Shown: one piece after another, positions 1 to 9,700 of the stretch
How positions within the stretch are numbered: the first letter of the stretch is position 1
Layout: each line of letters begins with the position of its first letter
NCBI GenBank assembly: GCA_965227775.1
Contig: OZ245777.1
Span: forward strand, 2,656,001-2,720,000
Length of the DNA stretch: 64,000 nt
Reading direction: 5' to 3'
Origin: Phycisphaerales bacterium
GTDB lineage: Bacteria > Planctomycetota > Phycisphaerae > Phycisphaerales > UBA1924
Notes under the pieces: generated by a model
Seen by the model: only the letters and a program-made list of their open reading frames with translations
The model's database searches: none
Told to the model about the DNA's origin: nothing
Position numbers and translations under genes: made by a program

Positions 1-2
1 TC

Positions 3-257
3 CGTCGACGGCTCGCCGAACGCGACATGGCGATCGAGCTGAGCGATGCGGCGAAGGCGCAGCTCGCCAGCGAGGGCTGGGATCCGGCGTACGGAGCCCG
101 CCCGCTCAAGCGAGCGATACAGCAGCGGATCGAGAACCCGCTGGCCAGCCGAATCCTCGCGGGCGACTTCGGGGCCGGCGACACGATCTTCGTGGATGTG
201 CAAGGAACAAGCTTCATGTTCACGAGGGCAGGATCCCCCGAGCCCGCTGCTCGATGA
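3..257 (+). CDS. clpB: ClpB/ClpC AAA+ chaperone, C-terminal fragment (5' truncated by window)
   Basis: LASEGWDPAYGARPLKRAIQQRIENPLA is the ClpB D2-small domain motif. Confidence 0.85.
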   Translation, partial: RRRLAERDMAIELSDAAKAQLASEGWDPAYGARPLKRAIQQRIENPLASRILAGDFGAGDTIFVDVQGTSFMFTRAGSPEPAAR

Positions 258-287
258 ACCCTGCGTCCGCAGCGGCGTACCTCGGAC

Positions 288-1367
288 ATGAGCGACGACG
301 CACCGCCCGCGCAGACCACACCCGCGGGCATCCGCCAGAGGATCCCACATGGGCTCGCTTTGGTCGGGTGGTTCGTCGCGGTGGGATTGCTGGCAGGGAT
401 CTTGATTGCCCCGCTGGTCGGTGATGCGCCCGCTGCCGTCGCGTTCGCGGGCCTCCTGCTGCAGACCTTTTCCTTCCACGCCGGCTTGATTGTGGTCGTG
501 TTCCTGATCGTCGCGCTGGTGCTGCGGCGCTGGCGTCTGGGGACTGCACTCTTGTTGTGCGTCATGCTCACCGTGGGGCCGTCTGCGCTTCGTTCGCTGC
601 GGCCCGCGCTGCCCGCAGTCGACGATGATCGAACGCTGACCGTCTTGAGCTGCAACCTGTGCTACGGCCGAGCCGACGCCGATCGGCTCGTCGCCTGGAT
701 CGACGAGGTCGATCCCGACGTGATCGTGCTGCAGGAGCATGGTGGCCGCTGGCCCGAGTTCGTCCGAGATCGGCTGGCAGATCGCTATCCGCATGCATGG
801 GAGGAACCGCGCGAGGATGCCTTCGGACAGGCGACCCTGAGCCGATTGCCTTTCGTGGACACGACGCGGAGCATCTGGCCGCCCGATTGGTCCATTCCGT
901 CCGGTCGGGTGACCGTCCGATTCGGTCGGTCACTCGTGGACGTAACCAACGTGCACGTCTTTCCTCCGGTGAGCTTGGACTGGGTCAACCAACAGCGGCG
1001 ACAGCTCGACGCCCTGAGCCTTGACGCTTCGAGGCGGCTGGGCGTGTGGAGCCCTTCCAGCGGCAGCGACGTCCAAGGCTCGATCCTCATCGGGGACTTC
1101 AACACGCCCTGGAGCACGAGCTTCATGGCTGCGATGCGGTACGAGCCGATCGGATGGGACGCGCGCTATCTGTGGGAGGCTCACCACGAGATCGGTCGCG
1201 GCCGTGGTGCGACATGGGGGCCTTCGCGAGGGCTGCTCTCTCTGGCTCCGGGAGTCCGTCTGGACCACGCCATCTACGGCGGTGAACTCGAGCCAATCTT
1301 TTCGGTCGTGGGGCCGGATGTGGGTAGTGATCACCGGCCCATTGCGGTCGGCTTTCGCTGGCGGTAG
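288..1367 (+). CDS. Membrane-anchored endonuclease/exonuclease/phosphatase (EEP) family protein
   Basis: N-terminal TM helices; SCNL, DVIVLQE, IGDFN, RLDH and GSDHRPI motifs. Confidence 0.85.
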   Translation: MSDDAPPAQTTPAGIRQRIPHGLALVGWFVAVGLLAGILIAPLVGDAPAAVAFAGLLLQTFSFHAGLIVVVFLIVALVLRRWRLGTALLLCVMLTVGPSALRSLRPALPAVDDDRTLTVLSCNLCYGRADADRLVAWIDEVDPDVIVLQEHGGRWPEFVRDRLADRYPHAWEEPREDAFGQATLSRLPFVDTTRSIWPPDWSIPSGRVTVRFGRSLVDVTNVHVFPPVSLDWVNQQRRQLDALSLDASRRLGVWSPSSGSDVQGSILIGDFNTPWSTSFMAAMRYEPIGWDARYLWEAHHEIGRGRGATWGPSRGLLSLAPGVRLDHAIYGGELEPIFSVVGPDVGSDHRPIAVGFRWR

Positions 1368-2206
1368 CCCGCGAGTTCGAGCGCGCGCCCGACGGCTTCC
1401 CGGATGATCTCTTGCCGGCTCCAGAGGAGAAAGTGGTCCGCACCCTCGACCTTCACGGTCTCGATGCTTGGCGATCCGGTAAATGCCGCCTGCATGTACT
1501 CGACGTTGGCATAGGGCACCAGACCGTCCTTGGTTCCGTGCACGATGACGACAGGGCACCGCACACGGGCGAGCACCGCGTCCAACTGCTCGGTCTGTTC
1601 GCGGGCCGCAAAGATCTCGGCGTTGCTGACGCGGAGCATGCGAGGGAGGACCGGGCTGAGCACCACGCCGACATAGTTGAACCACCTCGGGCCCTCGAGA
1701 TTTGGATCGAGCGAGCCGGCGATGATCACAATGGCCGAGACGCGCTCGGGGTGGTCCGCGGCGATCCTGGCGATGATCGGGCCGCCGAGCGAGTGGCCGA
1801 CGAGGACGGGCCATGTGCCCTCGCGCTCGACGAGCAGCGGTTCGAGGGATGCTGCCTGATCGGCGAACGCAGTTAGGGCGGGTCCGCCGGTCTTACCAAA
1901 TCCCGGCCTGTCCACGCTGATCGACTCAACGCCATCGATCGGGTTCCGCACGAACTCCGCGAATGCGCCCGCATCGCCGGGCGTACCGTGGACGTAGATG
2001 AGGCGCGGGTGGTCTCCGCTTCCACTGCGAACGTACGACACCGCGTTGCCGCGGACGGCCGTGGTCATCCGACGGTCGAGGTCTCGTGTAGACATGTTTA
2101 CATCGCCGAAGGGCGAGCACGCGCTTACGCCCGTCAGCATGAATGCGACGAAGACACCCAGTATTCGGAGAGGAATCGATGACCGCGCCGCGGTGACGCT
2201 CAGCAC
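1331..2206 (-). CDS. Alpha/beta hydrolase, probable lipoprotein
   Basis: HGTPG oxyanion motif, GHSLGG nucleophile elbow, HGTKD, GADH; VSAC lipobox-like signal. Confidence 0.85.
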   Translation of the reverse strand: MLSVTAARSSIPLRILGVFVAFMLTGVSACSPFGDVNMSTRDLDRRMTTAVRGNAVSYVRSGSGDHPRLIYVHGTPGDAGAFAEFVRNPIDGVESISVDRPGFGKTGGPALTAFADQAASLEPLLVEREGTWPVLVGHSLGGPIIARIAADHPERVSAIVIIAGSLDPNLEGPRWFNYVGVVLSPVLPRMLRVSNAEIFAAREQTEQLDAVLARVRCPVVIVHGTKDGLVPYANVEYMQAAFTGSPSIETVKVEGADHFLLWSRQEIIREAVGRALELAGYRQRKPTAMGR

Positions 2207-2207
2207 A

Positions 2208-2792
2208 TCAGCCCCCGCCCAGCGGATCCATTTCGAACTCGGGTGCCCGCGTGATTACATAGCCGCACTTCTTGCACGTCCGGCGTTCCACGGGTCCGTC
2301 CCAGAAATCATCCATCACCTTGTGGAGGTCGCGGTCGATGTGCTCGAGTTCGAAGTAATCTTCGTACACAAGCTCATCGTCCTGCGGGCAGTACCACTGC
2401 AGCCCGTCCTTCTGCGGCTTGCCGTTCTCGTCGAAGCCGCGTGGGAACTCGACGATCAAGCCAAGCGTGCCGGCCGGTCGCTGCGGGCGGTGGGGCACCC
2501 ATCGAGGCAGCAGGAAGAGCTCGCTCTCGCGCACGATCACGTTGTGAGGCGGGCTGCCATCGAGCGGCCGCACCCGAACGGCAATGTCACCTTTTAGCTG
2601 GTAAAACAACTCCTCCGTCGGGTTGACGTGAAAGTCGTTTCGCGTGTTCGGGCCCTTGGACACAAAGATGATCGCATCGCTGCTCTCGTGGAAGAACTGC
2701 TTGTTCATCACGGGCGGCGTGAACGCCTCGGGATGGTCGTCGATCCACTGGAGCAGGTTGATGGTGGGGAAGGTGGTGCCGGTAGCGGTCAT
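2208..2792 (-). CDS. nbaC: 3-hydroxyanthranilate 3,4-dioxygenase
   Basis: GPNTRNDFHVNPTEELFYQLKG, VPHRPQRP, LQWYC and RTCKKCG motifs. Confidence 0.9.
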   Translation of the reverse strand: MTATGTTFPTINLLQWIDDHPEAFTPPVMNKQFFHESSDAIIFVSKGPNTRNDFHVNPTEELFYQLKGDIAVRVRPLDGSPPHNVIVRESELFLLPRWVPHRPQRPAGTLGLIVEFPRGFDENGKPQKDGLQWYCPQDDELVYEDYFELEHIDRDLHKVMDDFWDGPVERRTCKKCGYVITRAPEFEMDPLGGG

Positions 2793-2860
2793 GGCCGGGC
2801 CTCCTGGGTTCGTCCTCAGATGCTAGCCCGCCCGCTACCCTCGATTGAGGAGTACCGCCC

Positions 2861-3400
2861 ATGGCCACGACGCGTCCATTTCAACCGGCCTGGTTCGTCG
2901 AGCGGCTCCGGAGCTTTCCAGGATTGCTCGAGCCCTTTCTTGCCGACCTTCCAGAGGCCGACTGGCGTTGGAAGCCGGGTGCGGACCACTGGGCGATCGC
3001 CGAGATCATGGGGCATCTGGCCCGCGAAGAACGCGAGGACTTCAGGCCCCGGCTGGAGCGAACGCTGCGCGACCCGACCGAGGCGTGGCCAACCATGGAC
3101 CCACAGGGCGACGTCGCCAGGTTCAACGATCTCGGCGGTGATCCTCGTGCATTCCTGGACGAATTCACCAACCTTCGCCGCGAGAACTTGGCGTGGCTTG
3201 GAACGCTGGGCCCACTCGACAAGATCGACTGGAGCCGTGCGCATCATCATCCAAAGGGATTCGTAGTCCACGCCGGCGACCTGCTTGCGAGCTGGACCGA
3301 CCACGACACGCTCCACGCCCGCCAGCTGATCAAGCGGCGACACCAACTCATCGAGCGAGCAGCGGGGGAGTTCGGGTGTGTGTATGCGGGGGAGTGGTAA
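2861..3400 (+). CDS. DinB family protein
   Basis: W-x-I-x-E-I-x-G-H-L and HDTLHARQ metal-binding histidines. Confidence 0.8.
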   Translation: MATTRPFQPAWFVERLRSFPGLLEPFLADLPEADWRWKPGADHWAIAEIMGHLAREEREDFRPRLERTLRDPTEAWPTMDPQGDVARFNDLGGDPRAFLDEFTNLRRENLAWLGTLGPLDKIDWSRAHHHPKGFVVHAGDLLASWTDHDTLHARQLIKRRHQLIERAAGEFGCVYAGEW

Positions 3401-3730
3401 GTGAACCCCTACCTCATCGGCTGGATCGCCGGCGTTGCCACGGTGCTGCTCCCGATGCTGGTTGTGTGGTTCATCATGCCCTGGATTCGCTGCTACCTGA
3501 GCGGCTGTCCGATGAAGTTCGGTAGGGTCATTGGCGCACGGCTGCGACGGACGCCTGTTGGTCTTCTTTGCGAAGCCTATGTCGCGCTAAACAAGAGCGG
3601 GGTGGACGTTGGGCCCCACACGCTCGACGAGCTTGAGACGATTTGGCTTGCCCATCCTGGCTTGTACACCACCGCCGAGGGCCTGATTCAGGCATTCGAA
3701 GCTCAGCAACCCACTCACACCAATGAATAA
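3401..3730 (+). CDS. Short protein resembling the FloA/YqfA (flotillin-like) N-terminus
   Basis: TM helix, then WIRCYLSG..IGARLRR..KSGV..ELETIWLA, resembling the FloA N-terminal pattern. Confidence 0.5.
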   Translation: MNPYLIGWIAGVATVLLPMLVVWFIMPWIRCYLSGCPMKFGRVIGARLRRTPVGLLCEAYVALNKSGVDVGPHTLDELETIWLAHPGLYTTAEGLIQAFEAQQPTHTNE

Positions 3731-3750
3731 GGGCGACTGTCGGTCGCCCT
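3730..3750. terminator. Hairpin between convergent genes (probable terminator)
   Basis: AGGGCGAC-tgtcg-GTCGCCCT 8-bp inverted repeat. Confidence 0.5.
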
Positions 3751-3787
3751 GATCCGTACTCTTGCTGCGTGAACGCTGTCTACTAGA

Positions 3788-5287
<1,500 letters not shown>

Positions 5288-5401
5288 TCAACCGAACACG
5301 GACGGGCGGCGGTAGGGGCCAGGGCTGGACCGTGGGCCGTCGTCCAAGGACGCTCAGGGTAGGCCCGGCGCGGGCAAAAGTCGGCACCTCCCGGTCATTC
5401 G

Positions 5402-6058
5402 TCAGGCCGAAGAACCGATTGCTGCGATCACCATCACGATCGCGAAAATCACGATGACAAACACCAGCATGCAGAGGACAAACGCGGCCAAAGAGCGCCA
5501 CGAGCTGAATCGGTGGGCCTCTGCCAGGCCGCGAACGAGCGACACCATCGACCAGATCAAGATTGTGAGATACACCAGCACCATGCCGAGGTAGAGCGGC
5601 GTGACCCCCTGACCGTTGGCAACCAGCACAACCATCGCGCCCAGCGGCAGAAATGCGGCAAATGACGGGACCAGCGCTCTCGCGAAGCCGTGATACACGT
5701 CGGACTGCCTGCCCGTGCCGCCGAGCGCCCGGCCGATCGCGAAGTACAGCGCCCCGAAGAGGAAGAACCCGAAAAGACTGCCCACGATCCTCCCGGCGAT
5801 CTGGGTCGCTAGAGCCGCCCCGAGGGTGATGTCGGGATCCTCAAGGTACTTCTCCAACCCGTTGTCGACCCCTGACCGGGCGCCCGAGACCATCGTCAGC
5901 AGGATGGTCACTACCCAGAGCGGTCCGGCATCAAGCAATGCCCGAGTGATCCGGCGCGGCCATATGAACATGCCAAGGAAAACACCGATCGGCGACAGCT
6001 TGCCCGGCTGTACCGGTGAGGGCGCCTGGTGATCGAGATTTGACTCTTCCGTCATCAT
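5402..6058 (-). CDS. Yip1 family membrane protein
   Basis: About 5 TM helices; GRALGGTG and GLAEAHRFSSWRSL patterns. Confidence 0.7.
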   Translation of the reverse strand: MMTEESNLDHQAPSPVQPGKLSPIGVFLGMFIWPRRITRALLDAGPLWVVTILLTMVSGARSGVDNGLEKYLEDPDITLGAALATQIAGRIVGSLFGFFLFGALYFAIGRALGGTGRQSDVYHGFARALVPSFAAFLPLGAMVVLVANGQGVTPLYLGMVLVYLTILIWSMVSLVRGLAEAHRFSSWRSLAAFVLCMLVFVIVIFAIVMVIAAIGSSA

Positions 6059-6111
6059 GCCCCCTGGCTCTTTGCTGAGACCGCAAAGCGATCACCCCGG
6101 CAAGCATCCTC

Positions 6112-6639
6112 TTACACAGGCTCAAGCAGCCCACTCGCTCGGGCGGCGTGCACCCACGCCCTCAACTGTCCACCGTGGTTGCCCTCGTGCCACACGTTGT
6201 AAACCAGATTGTGCCCAACGGTGGGGAAGTATGTCCTGGCAGCCTCGTTCGGGTGAGGAGCCGCGAGCGACTCCGGCGACGCCGACGCAATTGCCTCCAA
6301 GAGCGCGGCGTGCGAAGCCGAGGCTGCTTCGATCGAGTTCGTCCAGCCGCCGAAGTGGGTGCGCATGGCGTCCCCGGCCAGGCTGAGATCGGAGCCGGGC
6401 CCGACGTCCTCGAACAGCTGTTGCATGTCGCCCGGCACGACACCCAGGTTCTGGCTCAGCAGGTTGTCGGCCAGGTAGAGGTGGCAGACGATCCAGGCTG
6501 GCGACTGGGCCAGACCGCCCGCCTGGACCGCGCAGTGTTGCACGGGAATAGACCGAGCGATCTTGATCGCTTCCGCTCGCTCGTATCGCAGTGTCTCGAT
6601 GATGAGCTGGGGGTACGCGGGCGACTCAGGATTTGCCAT
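6112..6639 (-). CDS. DinB family protein
   Basis: SPAWIVCHL and HEGNHGGQL motifs. Confidence 0.75.
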   Translation of the reverse strand: MANPESPAYPQLIIETLRYERAEAIKIARSIPVQHCAVQAGGLAQSPAWIVCHLYLADNLLSQNLGVVPGDMQQLFEDVGPGSDLSLAGDAMRTHFGGWTNSIEAASASHAALLEAIASASPESLAAPHPNEAARTYFPTVGHNLVYNVWHEGNHGGQLRAWVHAARASGLLEPV

Positions 6640-6800
6640 GCACAACTCCGCTTGCGATCGTCACTTACAGGACGAGAGAGGACTTGATTCCGTCGGCGCG
6701 TGAGTCATCACAGAATTCACCGCTTGAGAGTGTACGTTGTCCCCTCTCGCCCGATCCTGGCGTGCGCTTGCAAGGTGGACGACCAGAGGAGTCCGCCATC

Positions 6801-8324
6801 ATGCTGCGCCAGTTTCGACGTGCCATTCCCGTCACCCTCCCTGTTCTCGCAATAGGCACGGCCGCCGCCTCGGCCCAGGACTGTGGATGGGAGGCCATGG
6901 GTGGAGGTATGAACGATCGGATCATCTGCCTGACGACCCACGACGACGGTACCGGTGACGCGCTGTACGCGGGCGGAACGTTCACGGCTGCGGGGGGGTG
7001 GGATGCGAGTTACCTGGCTCGCTGGGACGGCTGCGGCTGGCGCCCCGTCGACGGCAACCTGGATAGTTGGGTCGTCGCAATGCAGTCGTTCGACGATGGC
7101 TCCGGCGACGCGCTCTACGCCTGCGGCTTCTTCACAACTGCCGACGGAATCCCAGTGGGTGGCATCGCCAAGTGGGACGGCTTGCAATGGTCCGATCTGG
7201 ACGGCGGCATGAACCTCGGTGGCGTTCGCACGCTTGCGGTCTTTGATGACGGCACGGGCCCGGCTCTGTATGCAGGGGGCGACTTCAGCACGGCGGGCGG
7301 CGTGCCGGCGAGCAACATCGCCAAGTGGGACGGCTCATCATGGTCGCCCCTGGGCAGCGGAGTGGCAGGGGGGTCCGGTGGCGTGTACAACTTGCACGTC
7401 TACGACGACGGGTCGGGCCCCGGGCTCTACGCCGGCGGGTGGTTCGAAACAGCGGGCGGCATCACTACAAACGGCATCGCGAAGTGGGACGGCTCGTCAT
7501 GGTCCGCCCTAGGCGCGGGCGTTGGCGTGCTTGGTGGTGAAGCCGTGATCTGGTTTGAGACGTTTGACGACGGCATCGGAGACGCGTTGTACGTCGGCGG
7601 TGAGTTTACTTCCATGAACGGGCAGCCCGCCACCGGATTGGCGAAGTGGGACGGCTCGGCCTGGACCAACTTCACGGATCTCGCCGACGTCGATCGCCAG
7701 GTTGTTTGGGGAATGACAACGCTTGGTGACAGCCTGTACGTTTCCGGTCAGTTCGATTCAGCCGATAACATTACCGTTGGCAACATCGCGCGTTGGGACG
7801 GATCGACTTGGTCACCTGTGGGCGATGGCATGGACAGCTTTGTCGAGGCCGTAACTACGTTCAACGATGGTGGGCGTGAGCGACTCGCAGCCGCGGGTTG
7901 GTTTACCCAGGCAGACGGCAAGCCAGTCAATCGGATCGCGTCGTGGGCTTGCATCGGCGAGCCCGTCTTCAACGCACAGCCTGAGAATCTACTGCTCGAC
8001 TCCGTGCCCACCGTGGCAACGTTCGAAGTGTCCGCTTCCGGCGAGCCCACGATCGACTACCAGTGGCGAAAGGACGGCACGGCGCTCGTCGATGGGGGGG
8101 CCATCAGCGGTGCCACGACCCCGTTGCTCGAGATTGCCGCCGGCCCAGAGCACATCGGCGTGTACGACTGCGTGGCGACCAACGCTCTCGGTATGGCCAC
8201 GAGCCAATCCGCGCTGCTCGCGTTCCGATCCAACCGCTGCCCAGCAGACTTCGACGGGGACGGCTCACTGACGATCTTCGACTTCCTGGCCTTCCAGAAC
8301 GCCTTCGCGGCAGGGTGCCCCTAG
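6801..8324 (+). CDS. Secreted beta-propeller-repeat + Ig-domain protein with C-terminal GC-type dockerin tag
   Basis: Signal peptide ending ASAQ; repeats DDGxGxALYxGGxF...IAKWDG; Ig (YQWRKDG..GVYDCVATN); ends CPADFDGDGSLTIFDFLAFQNAFAAGCP; GAGGAG RBS. Confidence 0.85.
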   Translation: MLRQFRRAIPVTLPVLAIGTAAASAQDCGWEAMGGGMNDRIICLTTHDDGTGDALYAGGTFTAAGGWDASYLARWDGCGWRPVDGNLDSWVVAMQSFDDGSGDALYACGFFTTADGIPVGGIAKWDGLQWSDLDGGMNLGGVRTLAVFDDGTGPALYAGGDFSTAGGVPASNIAKWDGSSWSPLGSGVAGGSGGVYNLHVYDDGSGPGLYAGGWFETAGGITTNGIAKWDGSSWSALGAGVGVLGGEAVIWFETFDDGIGDALYVGGEFTSMNGQPATGLAKWDGSAWTNFTDLADVDRQVVWGMTTLGDSLYVSGQFDSADNITVGNIARWDGSTWSPVGDGMDSFVEAVTTFNDGGRERLAAAGWFTQADGKPVNRIASWACIGEPVFNAQPENLLLDSVPTVATFEVSASGEPTIDYQWRKDGTALVDGGAISGATTPLLEIAAGPEHIGVYDCVATNALGMATSQSALLAFRSNRCPADFDGDGSLTIFDFLAFQNAFAAGCP

Positions 8325-8755
8325 CCGATTGCATCTCGGATCTGGGAGGCGATCGCCTCGCCGTCTTCGAGCTTGCCCGCTGGCCACTCGATGCCCAGTC
8401 CGCTGCCGGGCGTTCCCTCCACTTTGTCCGGGAAACGGGGGATGATGTGCACGTGCAGGTGCATCACCGCCTGGTGAGCATCAACCCCGTTATTCTGCAG
8501 CAGGTTGTACGCCGTTGCGCCGGTCGCCTTGAGCACCGCCCGGCAGATGCGCGGCAGGACGCGGCCAAGGGCGGCGGCAGACTCGTCGCTGAGCTGGTCC
8601 ATCTGGGTTGCCCGCTCTTTGGGAATCACGAGCGTGTGCCCCCGGCTCAGCGGGCCAACATCGAGGAACGCGAGCACGCGCTCGTCCTCATACACCCTGT
8701 GGCACGGAATGTCACCCGCAATGATCTTGTCAAAGATGGTGGTCTGCTGGCTCAT
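8321..8755 (-). CDS. HIT family nucleotide hydrolase
   Basis: TIFDKIIAGDIP, GHTLVIPK and HLHVHII histidine triad. Confidence 0.92.
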   Translation of the reverse strand: MSQQTTIFDKIIAGDIPCHRVYEDERVLAFLDVGPLSRGHTLVIPKERATQMDQLSDESAAALGRVLPRICRAVLKATGATAYNLLQNNGVDAHQAVMHLHVHIIPRFPDKVEGTPGSGLGIEWPAGKLEDGEAIASQIRDAIG

Positions 8756-8811
8756 GGATCAAAGTAGCCCCAGCCACCCCTGCGGCTCGTTCGTCCCGCT
8801 GAGCCGATTGG

Positions 8812-8830
8812 AATTCAACATAACTGGTAT
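8812..8830. repeat. Left attachment site: 19-bp direct repeat (XerD-like arm + spacer of dif)
   Basis: AATTCAACATAACTGGTAT, identical to 19051-19069; followed by a non-consensus arm TCGCAACGGAT. Confidence 0.9.
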
Positions 8831-8860
8831 CGCAACGGATGCGACCTCGTCAAAAAGGTC

Positions 8861-8888
8861 TTGACAGGCTCTAATCGGTCATGATAAT
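8861..8888 (+). promoter_or_regulatory. Putative sigma70 promoter for the phage replication/morphogenesis operon
   Basis: TTGACA-N16-GATAAT in an otherwise GC-rich context. Confidence 0.6.
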
Positions 8889-8890
8889 AC

Positions 8891-8920
8891 GAAAGGCCCG
8901 GGTTGTACCCCGAGCCTTTC
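8891..8920. other. Stem-loop in phage intergenic region
   Basis: GAAAGGC-c-CGGG-ttgtac-CCCG-a-GCCTTTC. Confidence 0.5.
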
Positions 8921-9167
8921 AGGCCGGATCGACTACGTGTGGGTAGCTAGCCGATCACGACCAGCCACGCCGGAAGACAGATTTCCAACGTGACCGACAA
9001 TCGTACCTCAATCGAGCGGAAGGGGCCAATGGGCGACGCAGCCCGTGGCTTCTCTGTCATTGCGGCCGATAACCCCGCGTCTATCCTCTCGCGGGGTGCT
9101 CTTACGTAGGAGCTGTCTTCCGCCCTGGTTGGTCCCGGCTTCACCGCCTCCCAAAGGACCGCCAAAC

Positions 9168-9476
9168 ATGGCCGAATCGAAGACGGGCACCAACGCCCAA
9201 TCTGCCGGCAACAACGCTCCTGCCCTCTCCGCCATCCAGGCGACCGTCACCGGCACCATCATCCAGCTCAACAACTTCAAGGACGAGAAGGGTGAGCCTG
9301 TCTGTGGCGCACGCGTCGCGTTCATGGGCGGCAACGCCTACGTCCACCTCGACCCCGACACCATCAAGCAGTACGGCGAGGGTGAAGAGGTCACGATCGG
9401 CTGTGGCATGATCGAGCGCCGCGGCGACTATCGCCCGACCGGCAAGTGGAAGATCATCGGCAAGGGCCGGTCGTGA
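9168..9476 (+). CDS. Putative phage single-stranded DNA-binding protein (pV-like)
   Basis: 102 aa, beta-rich and OB-fold-like; AAGGA RBS; lies in the replication module. Confidence 0.55.
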   Translation: MAESKTGTNAQSAGNNAPALSAIQATVTGTIIQLNNFKDEKGEPVCGARVAFMGGNAYVHLDPDTIKQYGEGEEVTIGCGMIERRGDYRPTGKWKIIGKGRS

Positions 9477-9700
9477 GCGCCGCGCTCACCATCCTCGACG
9501 CGCGCATCGCGTCGTTTGAACGTCTCGCTGACAAGGTCCCTGACGCCGGTTTCGATCACGTCGTGGACGACCTCAAGGGTGTCCGCCACGAACTCGTCCG
9601 GCTCATCGAGCAGGGCGATCGGATGCAGCTCTACCTGCCCTTCGTCAGCGGCCAACTCACCATCAACCCAGAGCGCGCAGCAACACCAGCCATCGCGTGA
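9473..9700 (+). CDS. Phage hypothetical protein
   Basis: GTGA overlaps with both neighbours; 75 aa. Confidence 0.6.
   Translation: MSAALTILDARIASFERLADKVPDAGFDHVVDDLKGVRHELVRLIEQGDRMQLYLPFVSGQLTINPERAATPAIA

Noticed and set aside
6758..6772. Sigma54-like TGGCGTGCGCTTGCA before a dockerin gene (similar TGGCTTGCGACTGCA on minus at 40151-40165)
   Set aside because: GG-to-GC spacing is 9, not the strict 10; two hits are too few to call a motif
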